DNA of 64,000 nt from assembly GCA_030324005.1 (NCBI GenBank), contig JARDVH010000163.1:93785642-93849641 (forward strand), read 5' to 3'. This document shows positions 47,511-59,794 of this stretch, in pieces. The notes under the pieces are model-generated. The model had not been told where the DNA came from. It saw only the letters and a program-made list of their open reading frames with translations, and searched no databases. The stretch's first letter is position 1. The number at the start of each line of letters is the position of its first letter. Origin of the DNA: Negaprion brevirostris (Eukaryota). A program made the position numbers and the translations under genes.

Positions 47511-49522
47511 AGGATAAAAAATTAAGAAAAAGATAAGCTGTTGCATTTGCTGTTTCACAGAGGTGTGCCATTTTGCCCTCATTAGTCAGTTCATTTTATA
47601 CAGTACAGGATGCAGCTGTTTTCCCCAGTGGTTCCATTGACTGCAGCTGGGACTGGTACTTTGGAGTAACTTGGAAGCCAAATCAGAGGCACCCAACCCC
47701 AAATATTGCTTAATTCCTGAAAAATATAGGGGACTCCGAGACACCTTTTTACCCCAAGTTGTCCTGAAATGCCAGTCCGAATAGCAGTGATGACAGCCAC
47801 TCTGTGATGCATATGACCTCTCTGGTTAATAAATGTCTTGCTGCGACTAAAGAGGAAGAAGACCTAAAGCAACATATTTAATGACATTCTTGTTAGATAC
47901 CTGTAAGTTTTATACCTATGTATTTTTCAGACAAAAATGTCTGGAGCATTTTGAATAGTAAAGATCCTCTTAAATCTTCATTAACCTGCCTCTTGGAACT
48001 CCAAGCATATTGAAAGTTGCCTGAGACTTTGGTATTTGGTGTAACAACTTTGTTTAAATGTTTACAAGTTCCAAGCATACCTTCAGCAACTTTTTATTTA
48101 AAGGTGCCACTTGTAACGACTTTCACATGTGAAAATACAAGTTCAGTGCTAGCCTGGATCTTTATTTGAATTCAGCTAACCCCAACACCCATCCTATCTC
48201 ATCCCACACCTTATGCCTATCTCTTCAGGCATGTTTTCCCAGTTCTAATTGTGCTGCAAATAATTAAGCCCTAACAGAAAAACTCTTTAGGGAGGCTCAT
48301 GTTCCTCATTAATAATACAGTCTTGTTGGTCAATTTGAAACATGTGCTGGTGGAAGAGATGCCTGATTTATGTTTTTTCTTCTTTAAGGGAATAAGTAAA
48401 GTTGGTAATCATTCAGCGTGTAACTTTCTCCCAGAAAAGATTATTGTTGAAAGGTGTTGGATAGGTTTTGAATTTTGATTTGATTTNNNNNNNNNNNNNN
48501 NNNNNNNNNNNNNNNNNNNNNNNNNNNNNNNNNNNNNNNNNNNNNNNNNNNNNNNNNNNNNNNNNNNNNNNNNNNNNNNNNNNNNNATTTTGATGAATAA
48601 GACAAAATAGTAAACTATGGGACAATGAAAACAATACTCAAAATGTGAAGTCCGTAGTGCTCTGAATCTGCAGTTATTTAAGTTAGAATAAGAACATTTA
48701 CATAGGATTACGCATGTATATAGCGTTATCATGATATGATCAGTTAGGTTTTCAAGTTCAACGGGGTCAGAGTTATTATTTTCCTCATTTTTTATGGTGA
48801 ATAACATCTAACTATTAATGCCTATACTTCAAGAACTGAACAAGATGCCTCTATGATGAGCTAGTAAAGGAGGTAGAAGATCAGCTACCTCCCAACATGG
48901 GGGAACATGTCAATGGAGGGCCACAGTTAGTCTGTCACCCAGTGGCTTGAGTGCACTCCTAGCCTGGATGTTTCAGGGAGTGGCAGACATTGCTTAACCC
49001 ATTATTGGTGTTTTATGATGTGACTTGAATGACAATAGTCCATTGTCCAAACAATCCTTCTGTCCGAACCAAAACCTGCATAATTCCCATGGGGAATGGA
49101 TTGGGGTAAATGAGGGATACAAATGCAATTTTATTTCATTTTGTTAATTTTTGTAACAAGTTGATATTGCCTAGGGTTTAAAAAAACTCATTTTTAAATC
49201 TGCATAACTTTATGCTGCATCCTGTTTCTTTACACTTTTTTTGTATTTTAGCATAAAAATTCGAAGCCGTCAATGTTTTTTACATTCAAAGACATCAAAA
49301 CTGTGCAGGTTATTAGGTTTGTGTTCTGATGAAACTTTCCTCAGGGGTGTATATTTGATTTGTTAGTTCTGCTGCAGTTAGGCCCTGCTTTTTAACTATG
49401 TGGCGCTTGGGGAAGTGTGAATGCATATGTCTATAAAATCTCAGATTCTGCATTGTCATGTCATTTTAAGGTGTTATCTTTGTAGTCATAGTAGAAGCTA
49501 GTTTTTTTATGTTGTTCTGAGT

Positions 49523-49681
49523 ACAAAGATGTGCGGGTTAGGTTGATTGACGAAGCTAAAAATTGCCCCTGAGTGTCCTGAGGTGAGTAGTTTAGAGGCA
49601 TTAGTAGGTCCTAGGTGGGATTGTGGTCGATGCAGAGTTGATGGGCTGAATGGCCTCTTTCTATAGGGTTTCTATTCTATG
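49523..49681 (+). mobile_element. HE1 V-SINE 3' half
   Basis: caaagatgtgcgggttaggttgattg...gatgggctgaatggcctctttctatagggtttctattctatg. Confidence 0.85.
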
Positions 49682-49719
49682 AAGAAACTTTCTTGTGAAG
49701 TGATGTTTCTTTAAAAAAA

Positions 49720-49902
49720 AATCTAATTTCACAGTGATTGGAAAGGAATATGCAATCTGGCTAATGGACTTTGCATTCCCCAAGTTTGCTGTGAAATTTT
49801 CACAACATTGATATCAATGCAGTGAAAATTCAGCAGAACCAATCAAGGTTGGCCATTCATTGTGCCAGGTTACCACAAGACAGTCAAGTTGAAAATTACC
49901 TC
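49720..49902. mobile_element. Old palindromic MITE
   Basis: The central perfect palindrome cattgatatcaatg is flanked by aattttcac/gtgaaaatt, and the right end gccaggttacc...aagttgaaaattacctc resembles 49993-50172. Confidence 0.55.
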
Positions 49903-49992
49903 CACTGTTTTCACATGTCCAAAGTGAAAATGGCATTTCTGCTGATTGTAGGATAGTGGACTAATTCCAGAAAGTAACTTGAAGATTTTATA

Positions 49993-50172
49993 GGGGTCAT
50001 TTTAACTTCACTAAGTGCAGTAACCTGACAGTGTGGATAAGCTGCCTGTTCTACAACCCAACCAATTTTCAGCCCACTAATTTCACTGAATGTAAATTGG
50101 ACAGTTTTACAATGGACAGAGGATCAGCTTTGCCAGGTTACTGTCCAGTTGGTAAAAGTTCAACTTAACCCC
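49993..50172. mobile_element. Old palindromic MITE
   Basis: Ends ggggtcattttaactt / aagttcaacttaacccc; inner inverted pair cagtaacctgaca / tgccaggttactg. Confidence 0.65.
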
Positions 50173-50311
50173 GAGTAGTTTTATTCTTTTGCATATTTTA
50201 TGACACAGAATCTTTTTTATCGTGATTTGTTACATGATAGTTGGCGTATGTTCATTGACACAGTGGACAATATGTAGTGGCAGAAAGCGATGATCAAATT
50301 GTGACAGCGAT

Positions 50312-51505
50312 GAGGGACGCATTGGCGTAGAGATATTGTCACTGGACTAGTAATCCCGAGACCCAGCATAATGCTGTGGGGACCCGTGGCAGATAGTGAA
50401 ATTTGAATTTAATAAAAATGTGGAATTAACGGCACTATCTTATGGCCTCATAGCGCCCGACTTTCGGCGAGATGAGGTGGTAAGATAGGGTGAGAGGCGA
50501 AATTTCAGGTTTGCGTCCAGCTTCTCGCCACACCTAATCCTACTGGTCTTGTTTTGCCAGTGAAATCTATGAATTCCTGACGCTATTGTTTGGGCTCGCT
50601 TACTTTAAACACCTCACTATTTGAGAATCATGAATGGTCTTCACCAGTAGAGACCAGATGTGATGACCTCGCTAGGGGGATCAGAGGCTTGAAGCCCCCT
50701 GGGTGGTCACAGGCAGCACGAGGCAGTGTCACTCTGACACTGCTCAATGGACATCATAACTATATCGGGGCAGTGTCAAAGTGCTGGAGCCTGAATGGGA
50801 GTGGAACCACTGGGGGTGGAGCTATGCAGGGGAACTCCGCAGGGGTGGGAGGGAGGAAAGGAACTCTGCTTGGGTGACGATCAGGATGGGAGCAAACTTT
50901 GCGGACAGGGGTGATGGGGGTAGGGGAGGGACCAGAGTCAACAGGCACACAGGGTGATCGGTGGCATGGTTGGGGGGGGTGTCCGAAGGTAGACCTGCAC
51001 GGGAGGTGTCGGGAAGGATGGGGTCTCAATGTCCACAGGATGGCTGGCAAGAGATCTCCCAGTACACTGGAAGATCGGGGTGCCCAAAGAGCTCAACAGC
51101 TGGCTTCCCCAGTGAATTCACTCCCTACCCCCTGTCCCTGGCTCGTGAGAATCGCATCCTGGCACTTATTTTGCACTAAACACCATAAGACGGCAGCTCA
51201 CAGCTCACTGAAATGTACCAGTGCGATTCCCTCCCCTTTTCTCATTCGTTCGGCATTTCAAATTTTTTTTGTTAAATCACACCCATGATGACAATGAAAC
51301 CCATTGTCGATTGCGTAAAAGCCCATCAAATAACTAATGACCTTTCTGGAGGAAAATCTATCATCTTTACCTGGGCTGGCTGACACGTGACTTCAGATTC
51401 ATGACATCCATTCTTAAATGCCCCCTCAAACGGCCTAGTAAAGACAATTAGTGGTGGGTATTGAACGGGGGACCAGCTCACAATGCCCACATCCCATGTA
51501 AGAAT
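50312..51505 (+). mobile_element. tRNA-SINE with a CR1-group tail, split by a nested DNA transposon (SINE parts 50312-50430 and 51285-51505)
   Basis: attgtcactggactagtaatcccgagacccag...gaaatttgaatttaataaaaatgtggaatta resumes as atgatgacaatgaaacccattgtcgattgcgtaaaagcccatc...gcccacatcccatgtaagaat. Confidence 0.8.
50431..51284. mobile_element. GC-rich non-autonomous DNA transposon
   Basis: Interrupts the SINE cleanly, with degenerate ends ggcactatcttat / gttaaatcacaccc. The interior (gtaagatagggtgagaggcgaaa, gggctcgcttactttaa, ccagatgtgatg) is shared with 55062-55383. Confidence 0.7.
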
Positions 51506-51619
51506 ATGGGTTGATTGCAAAGCGGACTGAGTAGTACAAAAACAAGTCAAGTAGGCCAGATGTTTGCAGATTCAATTTCTGGTTTACATTGAAACTTCAA
51601 GTCTGAATAGACTATTTCA

Positions 51620-51810
51620 CACGGGACGTTATCGTGGGTGGAATGATTGCATCCAACCTGCCCCACCCCCTGTTGATGAATCCAGCTTTGGTGCCCCCAC
51701 AGCTGCCGAGAAAGATCAGCTGGATCAGCACACATTGAGGATCATATATAAACCCTTGCTGCTTTACATAGCTCAATACTACACTGGGTATGGGATTTAC
51801 CTCTTAAGCC
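51620..51810 (-). mobile_element. AmnSINE2-like old SINE head
   Basis: agatcagctggatcagcacacattgaggatc...cccttgctgctttacatagctcaatactacac. Confidence 0.55.
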
Positions 51811-54052
51811 TTTGGGGAATCATATCACCTATTTATTTTTTTCTTGCTCATAGTTACTGTCCTGTCACACAGGCTGTTCTCTGGCAATGGACTGACAAGC
51901 AACTGCCTCTATCGACTCATACGCCTGCAATGACTGGCTGTCAGGTTTATTCTCGTTTCCTGTGGGGAATTATCTGGCTTTCTCCCCGATCCCCATGGGC
52001 TAATTGATATCGGCAAATCACTGTCTGAGAGATATCTGAGGGGAGAATCCTCTACGTTTACACCAGAGCAGCCATGCGTACAGACTGTACCACCGCAACA
52101 TTCTCTTCACAGTTAATATTCTTAACAGAAATGAGTATTGCNNNNNNNNNNNNNNNNNNNNNNNNNNNNNNNNNNNNNNNNNNNNNNNNNNNNNNNNNNN
52201 NNNNNNNNNNNNNNNNNNNNNNNNNNNNNNNNNNNNNNNNNGTATTGCAGGGATTTCACTATTATTCTGTAACCTTCTTGCAGATGTGATTTGAATCATG
52301 GTGACATTGTTATTATCACCTATTTTTAAATGCTGTCATTTCCAAGCATTAAACTTTGAATTTCTGTGAAGCAATAGCTTTATTGAATTCTGAAGAAGCT
52401 AAGTAAACTCTTAATATGGGAAATCTGAAACATAAACAAAAATGCAATAAATGCAGTGCTTGTTAGTATTTATTGGAAGACGGCTATACACATGTTAGAT
52501 TTGTGATGCTGCTGATGAAGTTTTATCTTTTTGGTGCTTAGTGGTGCTGCCTTTTTATTTTAATGCAAATGACTGTAGTTAAAATTGGTTGTTTAAAAAA
52601 ATTAGCACGTTGCTAAATGCCTTAACAGCACTTAATGATCAGTTAAAAAAATTCCACCCTTTAGGAAGTGACTTTTTTCTCTTAATAAATATTGCAAAAA
52701 TCTTAGGAGCGGTGGGCAAAAGGATAGATGCGTTTGGTTGAAAAAAGGATTTAGAAGGCTGTGGCCTGTTTTTAAGGAGTTTATTCTATGATAATTTGAG
52801 TTGGCAAATAAGCAAGATGGTCCTAAGATCATGTTTATATTAGCAGATGAATTCCTGACAGTATTTAAGTAATGCGGCATGGTTTCTCTCTTAGATGCCA
52901 TACATGAGCATAGTGATGTGTTGAGAACGCTTTGAATAATGTATTTGACTCATAACTCAAAGCAGTATATTAAGCAAAGGTCTCAAACCACAAGTCTCTT
53001 ATTATTTTCAGTTTAACAAGGATAACAATAATAATAAAACACTGTACTTATTTCTGAAGTTTGTTTTTAAAGTTGATGCTCATAGTAATTTATTGCACTG
53101 TCTTTCTGAAAACTTAAGTAACAATACTACTTATGAATTGCTGCAGAGACTTTGATTAAAATTTTCAATTGCTGCTTTCACTAAAACAAAATTAAATCCA
53201 TCAAAGTTAAAACCTAATTGGGTCCCCCTAAAGAGCTGCTTTATTTACTAAATCAGCATGTATTCAGTAAAGCTGTCACTTAGCATTTGTAAGCTCCTCT
53301 GTAGATCTCAAAATTTGCCTGGTCATAGTCCTAGCACTTAATCTGTAAAGATACCTTATTTTAACATTTAACATTTGCTTCACCTTCTCATAGGTCTTCT
53401 TCCCAGTTCAAGTCAAGTAATTGGCTGAGTTCTCCTCATTTTGCCTGGCTAGCTGCCAGTGTGAAACCATTGTCTGAGTTGCTGATGATTGAAATTAACA
53501 TGACATTTGTGCAGTGGTAATGGAATACGTTAGTAATTAATTTCATGACTCTGAGGAAGGTTCCATCATCCACCACCTCTGATCAGCAGGAGGGGAGGGG
53601 GAGATGATGAAACTCTCCCAGCAGGCACTGTACTGCAGTAGTTAGCCCAACTCAGTGTCAAATTTATTTTTGAGATCTTCCAACAAAACTGAAACAATTG
53701 ATAACATATTACAACAAACGTCACTCATTTTTTTTCAAAACAATGCAGTGAATTCAAAATGTAATTATAAAAATTAGAAAGGAAGACATTAATAAGATTG
53801 GATTAATGAACACGATGGCACACTGTTAGGCTTCTCTGTCTTTTGAAAGGAATCTTGAAAGATGCATTTTGCTTAAAAACAATTCTGCTGAAACTCATCT
53901 AAAATTTCCAAAGCTACTTACAGCAGTGTAGCTCCTGCATGATATCTGTCTATCCAATTGGTTTGAAACCATTTTAAATGTTCAAGAATGCTTCGGTTTG
54001 CTTTATATTTTCTGTAGTTGCCAGAATGCTTTTCTGTAAAGATATATATCTA

Positions 54053-54620
54053 AGGTGGAGTTCTCCCAAGTTGCTGCAGGCGGGTTCAACAGACAAGGGA
54101 GAAGTGGTGTGAATTTCCCACAGGCTTTTCCGCTGATACCCACCATGGTGAATCGGGAAACCCTACTCAGGCCAGTGTGAAACTGGTTTGCATCCTGCTA
54201 AGAGGACATAAATGAAGGTCTGAGCCCCACCTGCACTCCTCCCCCCGCAAAATGTTGTGTTCAGATGTTGGGATTTACCTGAACAAAGCCTTGCGGCTCC
54301 CTCTGGAGTTCAGGATGGAGGCCACCGACATCCCTCCATCCCCTAACACCAGTGGGTGGAGAGAAAATCCACAGGTGGACCTTCCAGATTCTGCATCCTG
54401 GAGGAGGTCCATCTTCCAGCCTCAGAATGATCCCGCACGTCTGTTTGCTTTTCTCGGGAGGTCTATCTTCATTCTCAGGAACCCCCATTTGTATGATTAA
54501 GAAGATTGGGGCCTGAAGATTTGGCTTGTTTTCCTCCACACTGGCCTTCACAGTGGGAAACACTCCACATTCCCATCCCACCATGGGACTTAGTCCCAAG
54601 ATGGGANNNNNNNNNNCCTG
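54053..54620. mobile_element. GC-rich non-autonomous DNA transposon, right end in a gap
   Basis: Starts aggtggagttctcccaag and ends gggacttagtcccaagatggga-N; a GC-rich block in AT-rich flanks. Confidence 0.5.
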
Positions 54621-54826
54621 TTGTCAATACGTTGGTGGAAAATTGGATTTGGAGTAGTGCGGAATATACAATGGTGAACTGGCAGCCTATTTATACCTTC
54701 CCCAGTTTTCTTTTACGTTAAATAAGTGAGCAATTCACATCCATCTCTTTATGTCCTTCAGTGGATTATATGAATTACAGATCAATCATTCACAGCTATC
54801 AAATGATGCAGCACATTGAAGCCCAA

Positions 54827-54988
54827 GGGATGGAATTTTTTTCTTATTCATTTGTGGGACATGGGCGTCACTGGCTGGCCAGCGTTTATTGCCCATTCAC
54901 GTCAGCAGGAATTTACAGTCCCAACAAAGTCAGTGGACTTTGAAAGGCTCACCATATTTTATGCAATGTGGCTGTAAAATTCCACCCC
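54827..54988. mobile_element. MITE with a nested ~60-bp CR1-group 3' end (54838-54898, -)
   Basis: TIR gggatggaatttt versus reverse complement ggggtggaatttt (12/13); the internal ttcttattcatttgtgggacatgggcgtcactggctggccagcgtttattgcccat is the LINE/SINE tail. Confidence 0.7.
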
Positions 54989-55061
54989 ATGTTTTGTGAT
55001 TGTATTTATCATGGAAAACGGTTGCATTAAGGGTGGGGAGGGGTGGGGGGGGGATGCGTGT

Positions 55062-55383
55062 GTGTGTGTATCTTACCAGCTTGCCATGGTGATTGACCGG
55101 CGTGGCAAGCCAGTAAGATAGAGCAAGAGGCAAAAATTGGATTTGCGTCTGATTTCTTGTCTCTTGTGATCTCGCTGGCCCCGTTCTTCCAGCAAAATCA
55201 GTGGCATGAGGCTGATTTAAATATTAATGACATGCTTAGCATATCATTAACGAGCTTGGAAAGCAATCGTCTGGGCTCACTTACTTTAGTCCCCTCGCCA
55301 TTTGACATCATCACCGGTGAGGATCACAGATGGTCCCCAACAACTGGGAGCAGATGTGATGGTTTTGCCAGAGAGACAGGGTG
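55062..55383. mobile_element. Second copy of the 50431-51284 DNA-transposon family, running into a gap
   Basis: gtaagatagagcaagaggcaaaaattggatttgcgtc, gggctcacttactttag and gcagatgtgatgg are shared. Confidence 0.65.
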
Positions 55384-55834
55384 NNNNNNNNNNNNNNNNN
55401 NNNNNNNNNNNNNNNNNNNNNNNNNNNNNNNNNNNNNNNNNNNNNNNNNNNNNNNNNNNNNNNNNNNNNNNNNNNNNNNNNNNNNNNNNNNNNNNNNNNN
55501 NNNNNNNNNNNNNNNNNNNNNNNNNNNNNNNNNNNNNNNNNNNNNNNNNNNNNNNNNNNNNNNNNNNNNNNNNNNNNNNNNNNNNNNNNNNNNNNNNNNN
55601 NNNNNNNNNNNNNNNNNNNNNNNNNNNNNNNNNNNNNNNNNNNNNNNNNNNNNNNNNNNNNNNNNNNNNNNNNNNNNNNNNNNNNNNNNNNNNNNNNNNN
55701 NNNNNNNNNNNNNNNNNNNNNNNNNNNNNNNNNNNNNNNNNNNNNNNNNNNNNNNNNNNNNNNNNNNNNNNNNNNNNNNNNNNNNNNNNNNNNNNNNNNN
55801 NNNNNNNNNNNNNNNNNNNNNNNNNNNNNNNNNN

Positions 55835-55891
55835 AACATAGAACATTACAGCGCAGAACAGGCCCTTCGGCCCACGATGTTGCGCCGACCA
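55835..55891 (-). mobile_element. 3' terminus of a young HER1/CR1-type LINE
   Basis: aacatagaacattacagcgcagaacaggcccttcggcccacgatgttgcgccgacc; same tail as 60211-60289 (+), with CpGs intact. Confidence 0.75.
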
Positions 55892-56469
55892 GTTAAAAAA
55901 AAAAACAACAAAAAAAAAAAAACAATCCTGCACCATATAATGGAACGTCAGTACTTGTGCCCGTAGTTACAGTTCACACATGAAACATTACCAATCCCCA
56001 TTCTGTGAGGTAATAAGAGACTGAAGTGTGAGTCATTGAAAATTTGTACAGATTGTAGCAGTTGACTGCAGAGCAGCATTGGCTAGGGCTGGGAAGTAGG
56101 CCATTTAACTGCTCCATATAGCTGAGGTGTAGTACGTGATGATTTGAAACTTAAGGCAGAACAATTTAGAGACAATTAAACAAATTATAAAAAGGAAATT
56201 ACTCATCTGTTCTGTTAAGGAGCACAGTTTTGCATAAACGGAGTATAAACCATCCTGTTACCCAGCACTATATGTTCAGTGATACTTTTCTTTCCATTAT
56301 CTAATTTTGTTTTTAAATGATGAATTTGTTAAACCAAGTCTTCACTGCAGTTTCAAATAGTTTTGGTGTACTTCATTTTCCCTTAACATATTTCATTACT
56401 TGTGGCTGTTCCCTTGCTATCTTCAGATTAAGCCATGAAACATCTTTGTAGATTTGGTGATGGGTGAAG

Positions 56470-56890
56470 GACACAGTACCAGAGACCTGAGTTCAATTTT
56501 GGCTTTCGATGACTGTTTGTGTGGAGTTTGCATTTTCTTCTTATGTTCATGTGGATTTCCTCCAGATGCTCTGGTTTCCTCTCACAGTCCAAACATGTGG
56601 GCTAGGTTGATTCGCCATGCCAAATTGCCCCTTGGTGTTCCAAGATATGTAGATTAGGGGATTAGCAGCGTAAATACATGGGGTTACATGGATAGGGCCT
56701 GGGTGAAATGCACTGTCAAAGAGTCAGTGCAGATTCGATGAGCCAAATGGCCTCCTNNNNNNNNNNNNNNNNNNNNNNNNNNNNNNNNNNNNNNNNNNNN
56801 NNNNNNNNNNNNNNNNNNNNNNNNNNNNNNNNNNNNNNNNNNNNNNNNNNNNNNNNCTCCTTCTGTGCTGTGGGGATTTTATGATTTATG
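56470..56890 (+). mobile_element. HE1 V-SINE spanning a gap
   Basis: cacagtaccagagacctgagttcaat...gtggagtttgc...gccatgccaaattgcccctt...aaatggcctcct[N]ctccttctgtgctgtggggattttatgat. Confidence 0.9.
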
Positions 56891-57520
56891 GGAAGGTATT
56901 TATGAACTTACTTCACAGAGTACTGGTGAATGCCAATTTCCATTCAGCAAAAATCAGTTTTGTTAAGTGAAAGTGCTTGAGAGCATCTGTGTATCTGTGG
57001 ATACATACACAAATTATGAATTGAATGTGTGTTAATTTGCTGTATTTAAGTAGTTAACTGCAGTTGAGCGTGCAGTGTAGCTGAAGTAAAACATTAACTC
57101 TGATATGTTCTGCAAAGCAAATAGCTTTTCTAACTGAAATTAGTGAAAGACGGTGGTGCGGGTTATTTTAGTGAACTCATAAGAGTTATTACATTGTGCT
57201 GCAATAAAGTATCTGTTTAAATTTCCTGGGATATTTTTGTGTTATTGCATTAGCTATTGCGTCAATAATTGCATATTGCTTCATGATGTTGCAATCAAGG
57301 AGTTCAAGAATTCCAGGCAGATTACGAGTTGGTTTTGTTAGCGTTAGAGTGTTGTAATTTGTTTCAGTGGTATCTGTTCCTCTTTTGTGTCAGCGTTGGG
57401 GTTTTGAGCTAGAGAAAGCATGTTATCTTTGGTAGCGTGAAGGTATGCAGTAGGATCAGGGAGGTGGGCGGGAACATAAATGTTGGGGGAAGAGTTTGGG
57501 AAGGGAACACCTGAGGTCGT

Positions 57521-58020
57521 GGGCAAAATCTTACCAAAATATGGCAGCGTTGTTTCCGGTGAGAAAACTAGCATGTTTCACTCCAGGTCTTACAACACTT
57601 TGCCAAAAATAATCAAAAGAGCGTGTTTCAAACTGTCATATAGAGGGGTGGGGCGTCAAACATGTCAGCAAAACCTGGCTACATTGAGTTCAGGGCGCCA
57701 TGTTTAAAGGGCATCCCGATTAGAACAACAATGAGTCTCCCCAGCCCACCCGAGCCCCACCCCTCCCACCACACACACACACACACCAAGCAGCCATCAC
57801 CAGCAACCCCTGCATCGTTGTCCGCTCCAGCTCACTACCACATATAAATGAATCGCCACCCCTCCCCCTCCTCCATGATGCTCCAACTGGAGTCTACCCC
57901 TTAGCTCACGTTTGCACTGCCAGGGTGGCAGGGGCAGGAGAAAACTCTGGGAAAAAAAAGGAAAGAGAAGAGGCCCATTAAATATTATTAAAGCTCTGAA
58001 TTGGAAGTGTCTCATTGCTA
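57521..58020. mobile_element. GC-rich non-autonomous DNA transposon fragment
   Basis: Starts gggcaaaatcttacc and contains gcactgccagggtggca motifs like 45966-46990; no right TIR found. Confidence 0.5.
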
Positions 58021-58120
58021 TTGATTACTGATTAGGGATGAACAAACCTGCATCGAAGCCAGACAGATATATGATGTTGTATCGATGCTTGTAATATTCA
58101 GATCTGCACTTTTAGACAAT

Positions 58121-58288
58121 TTAGGAACTTAGGAACAGGAAAAGATCATTTAGCCTCTTGAGTCTGTACCGGCATTCAGTTAGATCGAGCCTGCTCTGTA
58201 TATTAGCATCATCAACATGCCTTGGCTCTGTAACCTTTTGCACATTTGCTGAACAAATCTATCAATCTCAATTATGAAATTTTCAATT
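58121..58288 (-). mobile_element. CR1 LINE 3' UTR fragment
   Basis: ttaggaacttaggaacaggaaaagatcatttagcctcttgagtctgtaccggcattcagttagatc. Confidence 0.75.
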
Positions 58289-59794
58289 TTTGTCAGCATG
58301 TGTAACTTGTGAATCAATCTCAGTCAAACTGTGGTGCTTTAATGTAAAAGCAAAAGCATAATGACACAGAGACAAATGGGAAAGGGAGTCACTTAAGGTG
58401 ATTTTACAGTTTAGAGGAAGCGGAAGGGGTAGACATGACCCGTGCCAAAAAAAAAGTTTGAGGTACCTGTTATCCCAATTGCCCAATCTCTCCCGCAGAC
58501 TGATAGGAAACTTGTGTTATTAGTACTTGTAAAGATGACTGAAGAATACATATTTACTATTGACATCTTTGCAACTATTCCAAATTAGACCAACTTGACT
58601 AAGTTTTGGTTTGTCACATCACAGCAAAATGAAATACTACCACTCCAGATTTGCACTCTGTAGGCATCAGTGCTGACACTTTGTTGTTTAGACAGAGACT
58701 TACTCTTTCCCATTATTCAGAATCCATTTAAAAAAATGCACTGCTACACCCTGCACGTTGAAGGAATGCTTCTGCCAACAGGTATTGAAATGAAGAGTTC
58801 AGATACTTGGACGGTAGGACGATAGTTGTTCCTGCAACATAACAAGCTTTGAAATGCAATCCATTGGCTTTTTGTACAGTACTGGACTGTTAGATGCAGC
58901 TTATTTTAGACCAAAGAAGAGGTGAATATATATGTTGCTGTTGAAGTGCATTCACTGGTCAGTGGGGTCAATCATTCCTTCATTGTTGTCAATCCTTTGT
59001 TAAATATAAATGGTCTTGAATTAATGGAGCCAATGCTAATTTTGAGGCTGGAAAAAATGTAACTTGTTGAACTCTTTGCGGATGTTATTTTTCCTGAAGT
59101 CAACAACGAGTTGTACTCAATTTTATGTCTTTTTCTAAAAGGTTTCATTATGTTTTGTTTGCTTTCTCTTCTGTTATTCAAAGCACTGAAGAGTGAAGCT
59201 TTGCACCCTGTTTACTGTTAAACAAGGTCATTAGGGTAACTTATTCCTAACTTGTGCCTTCTGTTTTGCACCCTATTTAGTATGTGACACTTGGCAATCC
59301 CCGAAGATTGCACAGTATAATGCTACTCAAAAAGTCAATAGTTTAGGTGAAGCTTTGGCCTTTTCCTGCTTCTTGACAAGGCTGGCAGCTGCATTATAAC
59401 TATTTGACATGATTTTCACTTTTTTTAAAGTGATAATATTAACAACATCTTGACGTTATTTACATGAAGTAATCTCTACATTGCAACCATATATGTTGTT
59501 TTTGCAATGTGGTCAGAATCTTCCTTGGAATTTAAATAAAACAAGATTTTATTACCAGAGGGTGAGAAATTGGGTTTGTTGACAGCTGTTTTTTGGGTGC
59601 CATCAGTATCCTTAAAAGCTCCAGAATAGCTTTGGGACAAATTGCAGTGGACTTCATATTTGCACTGGTGTGAGGATGTATGTAGTGAATGTTTGCAGAG
59701 CAAGTAGATCATGATGTCAGTGTGTTGCAAAGAATTTCCTTTGGGCCTTGGAGTCCTGGCTGTAGGCTGCACCGTCTCGGAAATTTAGGCAGTT

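Noticed and set aside
55157-55966. Longest ORFs in the track (269, 216 and 179 aa)
   Set aside because: They are open only because they run through N gaps.
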